Positions 11,878-24,330 of a stretch of 64,000 nucleotides of DNA are shown here, in pieces (the first letter of the stretch is position 1; the number at the start of each line of letters is the position of its first letter). The stretch comes from Mytilus californianus (taxonomy: Eukaryota): the NCBI RefSeq assembly GCF_021869535.1, contig NW_026262673.1:3038001-3102000 (forward strand), written 5' to 3'. The translations under genes and the position numbers were made by a program. Below the pieces are notes generated by a model. That model was given only the letters and a program-made list of their open reading frames with translations, made no database searches and had not been told where the DNA came from.

Positions 11878-12809
11878 TTCAAAGTCTTTGAATTTATAAA
11901 GCCCCATGTTTTTAAAATAAATATACTGATAAATTGTTTCAGTAAACCAATGTTGTTTTTTTTTAATTTATACGGTTTCTTCGGATAAACTATTTAAAAG
12001 ATGAAACTGTTCTGTTAAGTAAACAAAATAATAATCTATATATATATATATATATATATATAAACATGTTTTAACTTTTTTGATGATAATTTTATGAATT
12101 TTATTGTGAAACTATATTGATATGTACATATAGCATGTGTTAAGTGTCTCATAAGTCAAATTTTGACTGGGTAGTGGTTGTATTATTGAATACTGTGATA
12201 TGTAAATATTTTGTCAATCAATATGTGACATTATATTAAAACGAATATTTATTTATTTATATAAGATAATGAGAGAGAAAGTACTTTGTGTAGACTAAAA
12301 TGCAAATCATGTGTCCAAGCTAAGGTAGCAAGGATCTGACAACACTCGATTTTACTTTCTGTTCTGGTAATGATTATAACAGCCAATGAAGTTTCAGTCT
12401 TCAAATTGTTGAAGGTGTGTATGAATCTGGTAAGACCAGAGAATCCCGAAAGGTCTTAAAAAAACTGAAAATATAACGGATTATTTTCAGATCCTTGTAA
12501 GAATAGCTTAGACACAAGACCTGTGTTTTAATCATATTGTTATTTCTTGCTATTTTAACAAATATTGCCTTCTTATAGCTACATTATATGCATTGAGTGC
12601 ACATGACGACTATTTCCTTCTGATGGCTACTTTATATGCATGAGGCAACTGCAAAATATCGATTCAAATATAATTTTATATACATTTAATGCCTATATAT
12701 ATATATATAGCTGTTGGACCTAATTATATGATTTTTTAGAAACTTAAATGCAGTCAGATTGTTCAGAATAATATATATAGTATAATATAAGTGTAACTTC
12801 TCTGTTTAG

Positions 12810-13060
12810 ATATAGCCATTGGATCAACCTGTATGACTGTGTATGAGCTTGTTGGTAGTGTTCTGAGCTTTGTTACCTTAGTGATAGCGGCAATAGCACT
12901 GGTTATCATTTGCCACACCCGACGTCAGCTCATGACAGCAACCTCTAACTTGGAAAAGAACAGAAACAGTGGATGGTCTAAAGCCAAGGACGTTATGGGT
13001 ACAAATAGATCAGTCAAACCTCCAATGAAAGGATCGCAAGCTGTACATGGTTGGGCATGA
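12810..13060 (+). CDS. LRR-TM paralog 2, exon 3 (TM and tail)
   Basis: CTGTTTAG/ acceptor; DIAIGSTCMTVYELVGSVLSFVTLVIAAIALVIICH-TRRQ...GWSKAKDVM...KPPMKG...GWA*. Confidence 0.9.
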
Positions 13061-13304
13061 TATCTTAAACTTTAATAGATAGATCGATTGCTGTTCGTGG
13101 CTGGACATGGACTACTGGAAACTATATATTTATTTTGTTATAATGTAAATGGAAAAAAAACATGTATTTTAACTATATATAATTATATAAGTATGTTTCC
13201 AAATGTAAATACCCGTGATAGATTTCTGTTTCCATTTATAACCGTCATATAGGAATATACAAGTCTCACTAGTAGTCAAGATCCAAAAGTTAATGAACAT
13301 ATTG

Positions 13305-13430
13305 AATCTTAACATTAAAGAGAGGTGAAAGATACCAAAGGGACTTTCAAACTCAAAAGTCGAAAACAAACTGACAACGTCATGGCAAAAAAGAAAAAAA
13401 CCAAAAAGGCAAACAGCAGTATACAATAAT
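13305..13430 (+). mobile_element. Interspersed repeat family D fragment (also ~44415-44640 +, ~35440-35540 -)
   Basis: Shared GATACCAAAGGGAC.TTCAAACTCA.AAGTCGAAAACAAACTGACAACG.CATGG motif. Confidence 0.6.
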
Positions 13431-13877
13431 ACACTTTTCATTTGACATTTCCACAACTTTACATAATTATACATATATCTAAAAAAAAATTAATACATTA
13501 TTCAGCTTAAACAGTAAAGCATGCTTTGCATTCCAAATTACCACTGTATCAGCCGAAGTTCAAATCGAGACTTCTGACAAAGTAATCCATTGTTAGGCCA
13601 ACTGAATTAAATGGTACTCTACTACCACACCCAATGGAAGTCTGGTAATATATCTACTGGTATAAAATAAGGAAATGTGGTATGATTGCCAATGTGACAA
13701 CTAAACAATGATTATTTGTTTATGAAATTACTTCAAAATCGAGCAAACATCTTTCAAAATTAGTTTATCTAATAAGCTTTAATTTTGGTACTTTTCAGAG
13801 TAAGACGACAAATTGTGTCACAACCTTTAAGTACATACACGAAGTGTGATATTATACAATTATTGCCTTTGTACGAG

Positions 13878-13977
13878 GTCGATACGAGAATATATCGACA
13901 TGAAAGAAGTAAATTGACTGAGGACGAAGTCCTAGGTCGATATACTTCTTTAGGTCGATATATATCCTCGTATCGAC
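13878..13977. repeat. ~100-bp imperfect palindrome (foldback/MITE-like) with AGGAC-GAA-GTCCT apex
   Basis: Left arm GTCGATACGAGAATATATCGACATGAAAGAAGTAAATTGAC pairs with the right arm ending CCTCGTATCGAC; apex at 13921-13933. Confidence 0.75.
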
Positions 13978-15511
13978 TACATACAAATGCTACAATTGTT
14001 ATATTAGTATTGCCAATAAGCCAGAAGTAGTGCGCCCTATATTTGATTGGTTGCTTCGATTGTGTCAGATATTCACAAAATAACCGTGCAATATTACTAT
14101 TCTAAAAATAACTTGGTAATATCACTTTTTTAAAAATAACCTTGCAATATCACTTTTCTCCTTGACATTTTCTCTACCTTTGTATACCATTTATTAGTTT
14201 TAAAGGGTTTAAGAAAGATAAAACTGGTCTCTAGTAATATAAATGTTGAAATATCCAAAGCTTTGCGTAGATAAAAATAATGTGGAAGGATAACAAAAAC
14301 GACTGTCGTGTGGAATACCTGATCAGACATTATCATATTCTAAAAAACATATGGCATAAACTAGAGAAACAACAACCCGATCAAAGAGCAGAAAACAGCC
14401 CAAGGATACCAATGGGTCTTCAACACAGCGAGAAAATCCCGCAGCCGGAGGCGGGCTTCAGCTGGCCCCTAAACAAAAATATATACATGCACTAGTTCAG
14501 TGAAAATGGACACTAAACTCCAAAACATGTGAATGAACTAATATTAATAAAACATACAGTTTATATCACTGACACTCCACTATGATATGGTCTTAAGACG
14601 AGCGCTCACCGGAAAATTTTACCAATTCTGAAATCTAGAAAAAAAGCGGAAACATGACATTTGAATCAAACCCAGACAGAGAAAAACAAAATGAGGTAAT
14701 GACATCTACAACAACTCAAAACAAGTAATGAGACGACAGTTGTCAGGAAAAAAAACCAAATTCGTTCTATTTGTAGGCATATATATCAAGACAAACAGTT
14801 TGTATCGTTGTGCTTGTTGGTCCAATATCATCACGGAAAGTCAGTATTCCTAACATTCTGAAAAGATAGACATGCAAATTTGCTTAAATCCGCTTCATTT
14901 GGACTATTTTGAATAGTTTCTATTAGCAATCATACCAAATCTGCTTATTTTATATGAAAGACAAAAATACTAAATGCACATGACCTAGATAGCTTTATTT
15001 GATACAGTCAAAAAAATAAGGAGGCGTTAGATTTGTTAAAAATGAACGACGGCTCCTGCTCCTCATGTCAAATATGACATGTATCTATCTATTGTCGATC
15101 TACTTTTAAGATAAAACAATGTAATGATATTGTCTGTAAAAAGCTTGAAATGTCTCCTTGTTTTGCAAATATCGAGTCCATATGTCGTTCTATTGTTTCG
15201 TTCAAATATCATGAATATCATAAAGAGCCTGTGCATTTCTCCTTGTCGGCCAACATTCAAAACGTTTAGTCTTTGTGTCTGTATCAAGTCTATATATCTG
15301 GTCTATAGATATAGGAAGATGTGGTATGAGTGCCAATGAGACAACTCTCCATCCAAGTTACAATTTATAAAAGTAATCCATTATAGGTCAAGGTATGGCC
15401 TTCAACACGGAGCATTGGCTCACACCGAACAGCAAGCTATAAAGGGCCCCAAAAAATTACTAGTGTAAAACCATTCAAACGGAAAAACCAACGGTCTAAT
15501 CTATATAAAAA

Positions 15512-16498
15512 TTCGTAAGGGTTCCGCGGAACCCAGTGTCTCGCCTACTTTTGCTGTTAATCGCAGGCTCAACAAAAATGAGGAAAAAAATAAATAAAAA
15601 TATTCCTCTCTATACTATCTTTTGATTGTTAGTAGCTTCTGTCCAAGTTTGGTAAAAATCCAGGATAGTTTATGAATCTAATAAATGTTTTAAAAACTTA
15701 AACTGCAGACTGTATGTAATGTTAACTGGAAGAAAAACAAAGTCCATTTATAAGTAAAATACGGAAAAAATCAAACAAAATTTTAACAAAATTTCCTTCT
15801 AGATACTAGCTTTTAATCATAAACAAGCTTCTGTCCAAGTTTGGTACAAATCCAGGATAGTTTAAGAAAGTTGTTCAAATTTTAAAAACTTTAACCACTG
15901 AGTGAATGTAATGTTAACTGGCAGAAAAACTAAGTCCATTTATAAGTAAAATACGGAAAAAATGGATTTTTTTTTTTACAAAATTTACTTCTGGATACTA
16001 TCTTATGATCATAAACAAGCTTCTTTCCATGTTTGGTAGAAATCCAGGATAGTTTAAGAAAGTTATTAAAATTTCAAAAACTTCAACCACAGAGTGAATG
16101 TAATGTTTCTTGGCAGAAAAACTAAGTCCATTTATAAGTAAAATACGGAAAAAATGGATTTTTTTTTTTACAAAATTTACTTCTGGATACTATCTTATGA
16201 TCATAAACAAGCTTCTTTCCAAGTTTGGTAGAAATCCAGGATAGTTTAAGAAAGTTATTAAAATTTCAAAAACTTTAACCACAGAGTGAATGTAATGTTT
16301 CTTGGCAGAAAAACTAAGTCCATTTATAAGTAAAATACGGAAAAAATGGAATTTTTTTTTTACAAAATTTACTTTTGAATATTATCTTATGATCATAAAC
16401 AAGCTTCTGTCAAAGTTTGGTAGAAATCCAGGATAGTTTAAGAAAGTTATTAAAATTTCAAAAACTTTAACCACAGAGTGAATATTTGTGGACGCCGC

Positions 16499-16534
<36 letters not shown>

Positions 16535-16584
16535 AATGTAGGATCGCTATGTCTCGCTTTTTCGACAAAAGTCGAAGGCTCGAC
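15512..16584 (+). mobile_element. Non-autonomous Helentron/HINE (pearl-like) element with internal 192-bp tandem repeats, nested in a family A copy
   Basis: Interrupts host CTATATAAAAA|CGAGAAACG (uninterrupted at ~25075-25095), with AAAAA on both sides. 5' palindrome GGGTTCCGCGGAACCC; ~4.5 units of 192 bp (GCTTCT at 15635, 15827, 16019, 16211, 16403); (GAC)n microsatellite ~16492-16532; 3' hairpin TTCGAC-AAAA-GTCGAA. Confidence 0.75.
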
Positions 16585-17196
16585 AAAAACGAGAAACGAG
16601 AAACACTTATGAACTACTATGTTTGTTTGTATACCTGATATTTTCGGTGGAATGAGTCGGTAGGTTATATTCTTAATTGTAATGTTTTGCTCAACAAGGA
16701 CCAATACGCACACAAACGGCTTATGAATCATCAGTATGCTTATGAGGACTTTTATATAGTAACGTTACTCTTTTTGTTATCAAACTTTCCCTTGTTCATC
16801 TCAATCACTGGACATAAGTTTTTTAAAAGGTACAAACATGTTAAACCCGCAACATTCTTTATATGCCTGTCCCCAAGCCAGGAGTCGGTAGTTCCGTGGT
16901 TGTCGTTGGTGTATGGTTTTCATATTTGTTTTTCGTAAATTGTTTTGTTATAAATTAGACCGTTAGTTTTCTGAATTGAATTATTTCATATTTTTCATGT
17001 CGGGGCCTATTAAAGCCGACTATGCGGTATGTGAATTTCTCATTGTTGAAGGCCGTACGGTTGCCTATGATAGCTTACATTCACTTCATTTTAACCTTGG
17101 TGGATAGTTGTCTCATGGGTAATCATGCCACATCTCCTTATTCTTATGCAGAAGAAGATACAATAAAGAAAGATGACAGAAATGATAACGACATGA

Positions 17197-17346
17197 TAGT
17201 GATTGGAGCCACCACAGAGGGCCCTGCTCGAGTTAGTGATTGGAGCCACCACAGAGGGCCCTGCTCGAGTTAGTGATTGGAGCCACCACAGAGGGCCCTG
17301 CTCGAGTTAGTGATTGGAGCCACCACAGAGGGCCCTGCTCGAGTTA
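17197..17346. repeat. 37-bp minisatellite x4
   Basis: TAGTGATTGGAGCCACCACAGAGGGCCCTGCTCGAGT, perfect copies. Confidence 0.92.
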
Positions 17347-18692
17347 ACATATAAATTAATATTATGATGGGTTGTTTGATCTAAATATATTTATATTATG
17401 GGAGGTAGACATTTTCTTACTCACGCTTATTTCAACCCCAAAATTAAACTGCAATGAGATATAAAGCTGAAATAAGTTTTGTACATATGTGATGGTTAAG
17501 TTGAACTAAATTATTGTTCATGCCTTTTCTATATGGTTTATCCATGCAACCGACTAATCTTTAATAAGGGGTTTATATTATGCCAAGTTTCATTTTCTAT
17601 CTCCAAGTGGTTCTAAACCGGAAACGACTTTTCTTAAAATGTCCAAGGATGACTAAGTTGAACTAAAGTTTTTGAATTTGACCTTCATTGTAAGGATTTC
17701 TTCTTTCTACGTGACACACGTCCTAGTAATGGTTGATATTCGTTTTAAGTTTCATGACAAATTTCCAATGGGTTTGAATGTTAGAGAGCAGACATAATTT
17801 TAAAATTAGTTGGAACTAAGTATTGACCTTGAACTTCACTGTATATGTGTTTGCAACACACCTTCTAGAAGTGCTGGATTGAATTGCCAAGTTGCAGTAC
17901 CAAACTCCAACGGGATTGAAAGTTAAAGAGCGAAAAGGATTTGTGATGAACGGACGGACGAAGCTAACGTGGAAGCTAATTACTATAGGACGTACTTTCA
18001 GCTATTGACTCATTTATTATGTTCCCTCTATAAGAAAGTATTTACCTGACTAAATACATATATGACATATAATCGATTGATGCGACAACGCATCCCACAG
18101 TATAATACATGTAGCATGCTCACATGAATCTTAATACCAAATTTCAGAAAGCTCAGATTCGTTTTTCTTGGGATAAATACGACCACAATTGTGTGTGACG
18201 AAGTGACGAACACAGGAAGCGTCTACATTTGCGATCTTTAAATCCCCAACTTTTTCAACCTCAGTTCTGTTATTCCTTACATATTTTTTAAATAACTTTA
18301 ATGTGATTTAGTAACAATAAATAACAACTCCTAGCTATAACTAGAATGTATATCTAAACAGGTCAATTTCGACATAAGGGGTTTATCTATTTAATCATGT
18401 TAATGTACATGAAACACTACAATTATTTAACATTATTTCTGAATCAACACGATTCTATTGTTTATTTAATCTCTCGTATTAAGGTGTATTTTTATTAAAT
18501 ATTATCTTTTGACCTTATTATTTAAAATTACTGTAATTTTACCACTGTGCCAATATTTCACTTAATCGGATTTAATTAGAATTATGTGTATTTTATATCC
18601 TAACCTTTAAAGGGTTGAATTTTTAATGTATTGCTTTCAATATGGCGGAATATTTCGTCAGAAGATAATAAGATAATTTCACTACAAAAACA

Positions 18693-19569
18693 ATGGGTCT
18701 TCATTTTCATGTTCTTTTTGTAATATCTGTTTTGTCATCATCATCCGGGGACCCTACCGGTTGTACCTATGATGCATCGACAATCTTATTCACCTGCAAC
18801 GCAAGAAGTTGGAGTTTGCCTCTTGTTTTTTCTGACTTTACCACAGCTCAGCCGCAAAGACTGATGCTGAAAGATGTTGATGGTGAAATCTCATCAAGTG
18901 CACCAAATGGACCTGCATTTTCGGGATTCAGTAGTATTAACACTGCTACTTTTGACCCAGACTATGCGCCAGCCCTGTATATCATGTGTTATTTCGGAGG
19001 GCAGTTGATTTTGGACAAAGAAGCGTTTGCCGATTTCAGTTACATTGAAGAAGTCAAAATCCTAAACTGTGATATTCTATCCATTCCTGTTGAAGCATTC
19101 TCTTACTTTGGAGATGTCAACTTGTTCCACATTGAAGGCGGATCCATTTCTAATATGGTGGCTGATAGTTTCAAAGATCTGAACGTAAATCGAATGACAA
19201 CAGTACCGAATCCTAAAGGAGAGTTCGCAATTATTAATTCAGAGCTGACTTCCGGCGCATTGGCGTTCGGAGCTTTGTTTAATATGCCAAATATAGAACG
19301 AGTGATGATTGAAAACGCGCACCTATCAACAGTAACATCCGACATGTTCTATGCTTTATCAAAGTTGAATTATGCTTCCCTGAACTATAACACATTTACA
19401 ACCATCCCGAACAACATGTTTGCCAATGTCTTTGGCCTCGCCACAGTTGATATGTATGGCATCAGCTGGGACTGTTCCTGCGACAACCTCTGGTTCTTGG
19501 ACTATCTAACAGAGAACAATATCACTATGAACGGTGACATTGTCTGTAGCACTCCCGTTGATTACGAAA
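18693..19569 (+). CDS. LRR-TM paralog 3, exon 1 of 3
   Basis: MGLHFHVLFVISVLSSSSG-DPTGCTYD...FTCNARSWSLPL...APNGPAFSGF...IMC...LNYASLNYNTFTTIP...WDCSC...DIVCSTP; donor A/GTAAGT at 19570. join(18693-19569,21136-21201,21729-22030) = 414 aa. Confidence 0.93.
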
Positions 19570-20859
19570 GTAAGTGATATTGTTTGTAGCACTCCTGTTG
19601 ATTACGAAAGTAAGTGATATTGTCTGTAGCACTCCTGTTGATTACGAAAGTAAGTGACATTAAATTGTCTGTAGCACTCCTGTTGATTACGAAAGTGAGT
19701 TACATTGTCTCTAGCACTCCTGTTGATTACGGAAGTAAGTTACATTGTCTGTAGCACTCCTGTTGATTACGAAAGTAAGTTACATTGTCTGTAGCACTCC
19801 TGTTGATTACGAAAGAAAGTTACATTGTCTGTAGCACTCCTGTTGATTACGAAAGAAAGTTACATTGTCGGTAGCACTCTTGCTGATTACGGAAGTAAGT
19901 GACATTATCTGTAGCACTCCTGTTGATTACGAAAGTAAGCGATATTATCTGTAGCACTCCTGTTGATTATGAAAGTAAATGATATTGTCTGTAGCATTCC
20001 TGTTAATAACCAACGCAAGTAACATTGTTTGTAGCACTCCTTTTGATTACGAAAGTAAGTAACATTGTCTGTAGCATTCCTATTGGTTACGAAAGTAAGT
20101 GACATTGTCTGTAGCACTCCTGTTGATTAGAAGGTTAGTGATATTTTGTGCAGCACTCATGTTGATAACAAACGTAAATAAACTTGTCTGTAGAACTCCT
20201 GTTCATTACGAAGGTAAGTAATATTGTCTATAGCACTCATAATAATTACGAAAGTAAGTGACATTGTTTGTAGCACTCTTGTTGATTACCAACGTAAGTT
20301 CCATTGTCTGATACGCTCTTGTTGATTGCGGAAGTAAGTTACATTGTCTGTAGCACTCCTGTTGATTTACAAAAGTAAGTGATATTGTCTGTAGCACTAC
20401 TTTTGATTATGAAAGTAGGTGACATTGTCTGTAGCACTCCCGTTGATTACGAAGGTAACTGATATTTTCTGTAGTACTCCTGTTGATTACCAACGTAAAT
20501 AACCTTGTCTGTAGCACTCCTGTTGATTACGAAAGTAAATGACATTGTCTGTAGCACTCTTTTTAATAACAAAAGTAAGTTACATTGTCTGTAGTACTCC
20601 TGTTGATTACAAAAGTAAGTTAAATTGTCTGTAGCACTCCTGTTGATTACAAAAATAAGTTACATTGTCTGTAGCACTCCTGTTGATTACAAAAGTAAGT
20701 GACATTGTCTGTAGCACTCCTGTTGATTACAAAAGTAAGTGACATTGTCTGTAGCACTCCTGTTTTTTAAGTAAATAAGTAACATTGTCCGTAGCACTCC
20801 TGTTGTTTACCAACGTAAGTAATTGTCTGTAGCAATCCCTTAGTTGATTACGAAAGTAA
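19536..20859 (+). repeat. 40-bp minisatellite (~33 copies) made of the last 34 nt of exon 1 plus the GTAAGT donor of paralog 3
   Basis: Unit GACATTGTCTGTAGCACTCCTGTTGATTACGAAA/GTAAGT; the first copy is the real exon end and the rest fill the first 1.3 kb of intron 1. Confidence 0.95.
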
Positions 20860-21135
20860 TTTGTCAAAGTTATACTCATTCTGGTACTTTATTGTATTGT
20901 ACAGCTTATTGTGTATTATTCCATACATTTGCTTTTCAGTACAATTTATAGCAAAAATTAACCTATATTCATTAAGGAAATGATTTACCTATAATTTGAA
21001 ATGTTAATAAAGGTACAAATTATCAATCAGGTACTAAATTAAGGTCAAAACGAGGACCTTTTTCCACAGTAATGCAATATTGTTTATACATTGCTAATGT
21101 TGATATAATATTTAATTGCGACTTTTCTCTTTCAG

Positions 21136-21201
21136 ATAAACGTGCAACAAAGTACAACTTGGACACGTGTGTGACAGATGGGGTCTGTGGTAGTATAACA
21201 G
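21136..21201 (+). CDS. LRR-TM paralog 3, exon 2 (66 nt)
   Basis: TCTCTTTCAG/ ... /GTAAAG; (N)KRATKYNLDTCVTDGVCGSIT(G). Confidence 0.9.
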
Positions 21202-21466
21202 GTAAAGCGCTGTAAAATTTAGGGTTCTGTGAATTTTAATAAAAGCAGATTCAAGGTATACACCAATGAGACAGAAACCCAACAACACAATGACATAACA
21301 AGGTCAAGTGTCTATATTCTAAAATTTTGCTTACAAGACTAAAAGCAAGTTAAGAATTATTTCATTGACAATTAAACTAGAAAAAGATAACAGGATGAAA
21401 AATATCAGGCTTTTTAAGCAGCCAAACAGAGGTACATTGAAAATGATAAACATGTTAAATGTATAA

Positions 21467-21638
21467 CAGACGCGAATCCAGGATTTGGTTTTGATGGGGG
21501 TGGGGGGCTCCTAAGAATAAGAAGTTAGAGAACTATATTTTGACAAAAAATATGGCTGAAATTTTACCTTTAAGTTACATTTGTTGTCTTGTTTTAGGGG
21601 GAAGGCACCAGGTGTGCTCCGGTCTGAGTCCGCGCCTG
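21467..21638. mobile_element. MITE with imperfect 15-bp terminal inverted repeats
   Basis: CAGACGCGAATCCAG...CTGAGTCCGCGCCTG; TATAA on both flanks (21462-21466, 21639-21643); lies in intron 2 of paralog 3. Confidence 0.65.
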
Positions 21639-21728
21639 TATAATTATATTAAACAACGTTGCACTAAGTCGGTACTTGTAATACATTATTTTCTGCAAAC
21701 TATTAGAAATATTTTTCTTTAATGATAG

Positions 21729-22030
21729 GTATTGGTATTGGTAGTACGTGTGTGAGTATGTTCGAGCTGATCAACTACATTCTCTTGTTAATCACGCTCG
21801 TCATATCCTGTGCAGCTCTTGGTCTTATTATCCACACGAAGCGGCAAGTCAGTGATACCATAGAACCAAACAAGCCTGAACAATCGCCTAGCAGGAACAT
21901 GAGCCAAAACAGAATTTCTGGTAATCAACGAGAGCCGCCGTCTTTAGAAGAATTACAGGCTGGTCCGTTGCCTAAGAAACAATCTGGAGCTACTATTAGT
22001 AACATGGATGCCATAGATACGGAAGCTTAA
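21729..22030 (+). CDS. LRR-TM paralog 3, exon 3 (TM and tail)
   Basis: GATAG/ acceptor after a T-rich tract; GIGIGSTCVSMFELINYILLLITLVISCAALGLIIH-TKRQ...DAIDTEA*; AATAAA at 22169. Confidence 0.88.
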
Positions 22031-23395
22031 TCAACGTGATATACAACTACATGTATAAAGAACTAAATGATAATACATGTTAATGTAAAATGATTATTAA
22101 CTGTTGATGCATTCGTTGCGTAATAATTTGCATGGTTTTGTTTGGTAAAAAGCGGAATTTCAAAGTTTAATAAAATACAGTTTTCCTTATTAACTTTTAT
22201 GCAGATTTCGTCAAAACCATTAAACCAAGTGTTCACGATCATTAAAATCACAAATGTATTCTTTAATCAACGAATTTTAGTACTCTCGAAATAACCTCTA
22301 ATCCTAGGTGAACATTTTATTTGTATTACTGTTCGTTGCCATTAATTGTTGTTTTAATTGACGAATTCATGTGTATGATTTTATTTATAATTATATTCTG
22401 TTTGCAATTTTAGTGTTGTTACTTCTCTCAAGGCAAGGAAAATGCTAGTTTTAACAAGTTTGATAGTGAAATGTATTGCAGCTTCAGTTAAGTTTTTTTG
22501 TGAAGTTTTTCCATCAATGTCGCCTGTCGTGTATCTTTATAAGTCTGTTGTAAATATAGTTAATCTTTTCCTCTGAAACACAATGACTAAGTAAAAACAT
22601 ACTTGGTTTTAATCTTTTGGGGGTAATTTTGAAACGCTTTGTGCGATACCCGTCTTCAAATTAACATCACTTTAATTGATCGATTGATTGATTGTTGGTA
22701 TTAACGCCACTATTTAGCTAAAACATGGTGATCAGTTTTTATTGGTGGAGGAATCCGGAGTGCTCGGCGATAACCAACGACCTTTGGCAGTAAAACCTAC
22801 AATCCTAGTCAATTAAAATTAGAATCGAACGCTCCTGCCACGTGCAGGGTTCGAACTCACAATACCGTTACTGTAGATGAAGTACTTAGGCCACTATATG
22901 TACAGTTGCCACCATTACAAGAAAATAAAACATGATATAAAATTAAATAAAAAGTCTTAAAAATAATTTGAAGAACAAATTTCTTCTAGTCGATTTATTG
23001 GTTTGTGATTTTGTTTTGGAATTAAATATGATGACTACATATATTTTCAAACATGGAGCCACATTTAAACAAAGCATTTGATAAGAATGCCCCAAAATCA
23101 TGTGATATCCAAACATTGGTTCTTGAAACAGCTATGCCCCCTCTCAATTACGATGGTTGATGATTTCATCTTCTCTCAAACATACATGTAAGCAAACATT
23201 AATATAAATATGAAACTTGTCAAAAAACTATCAATAATATATTTTGGGTTATATTTTGGGCGAGCCAAAAGACTACCAGATTATGGTTAAAGGATGCTCA
23301 TATCATCGTCTTTCAGGAGTAATTCTTAATTCTTAATTGTTCTAGCGATTTCTGAAAACCAATAGGAGGTTGGCTTATCCCTGTGTATTATTAGC

Positions 23396-23531
23396 TACAT
23401 AGTGTGCTAGTGACCTAATACGGTATATATAAGGTCAGTAAATTCCATATGAGGTGAGAGCGAAGCTCGAATCCCCACATGGAACTTACTGACCCCATAT
23501 ATATCGTATTAGGTCAATAGCACACTGTGTA
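23396..23531. repeat. ~135-bp imperfect palindrome (foldback/MITE-like) with GAGC-GAA-GCTC apex
   Basis: Arm TACATAGTGTGCTAGTGACCTAATACGGTATATATAAGGTCAGTAAATTCCATATG is the near reverse complement of CATGGAACTTACTGACCCCATATATATCGTATTAGGTCAATAGCACACTGTGTA. Confidence 0.8.
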
Positions 23532-24209
23532 ACGAATTTATCTTACCGACTATTTTAACATATGATATTTAGACTAGTGGCCTATCAAAGTGATTACGTC
23601 TTCTATACTTAGTATTAAGAACCTACTTCCACTGGTCTATACAAAAACAAATGCCAACAATAACAACTTGTTAGCTTTAAATGTGTTTTATGAATTTATT
23701 CCAATCGTTCATCATCAATTTCTTCGTCTGTTGAAACCTTTCAGATTTTTCCTCAACACCGTTTTGTTTTTATAAAGGGACGTAACACCACTATTAACCG
23801 TGGATTGAAATAAGCCCCGACTACTAACCTAATATGAAATATACACGGTCTCCACGCGGTTACTTTTGACCAATCATATTCCTATAAATGTATTGGAGGT
23901 AAGATAAAAGTTGAGGTTACAACACCCTCTGGCACCGTTGATCCTAAAATTGTTCAAATGGCTGTTCGGTTATGGACATCAAAACCCTCAAGATTGAATT
24001 CAAGCAATTGTTGAAAGAAGATGATAATTTTGCCAATACTAACATTAGTACATGTACATGTAGCAACAATAATTTTGAACCCCAAAATTGAACACTTCCA
24101 GTTTCAAGGCACTTTGAAAGAACCTGAAGATAAAACGCATATAGAAAATATTAAAAATTGCGTTTTAGTCGTAAGTTATTACGAAATTAATGATATAACT
24201 GATAAGGCA

Positions 24210-24330
24210 AATTCAGTACTGAAAATTAATAACTGTTTTACTGACTAATTTGGTATACACAGAGGAGTTTGGGTAGGTGGATTCTTTAAGCCCTACTCTT
24301 GCTAACATATATATAAATGATGTTCCTGGT
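24210..24330 (+). pseudogene. Decayed non-LTR retrotransposon reverse transcriptase fragment
   Basis: Reads VLKINNCFTD*FGIHRGVWVG/DSLSPTLANIYINDVP across a stop and a 1-nt frameshift; matches the LINE RT motif F....GVRQG..LSP.LFNIYINDL. Confidence 0.65.

Noticed and set aside
16450-16731. Minus-strand ORF with a poly-Arg run
   Set aside because: Translation of the (GAC)n microsatellite of the Helentron-like element.
19536-20859. CRISPR-like look of the regular 40-bp repeats (also 61539-63691 and 41851-42280)
   Set aside because: Units are head-to-tail with no unique spacers, there are no cas genes, and the context is eukaryotic.
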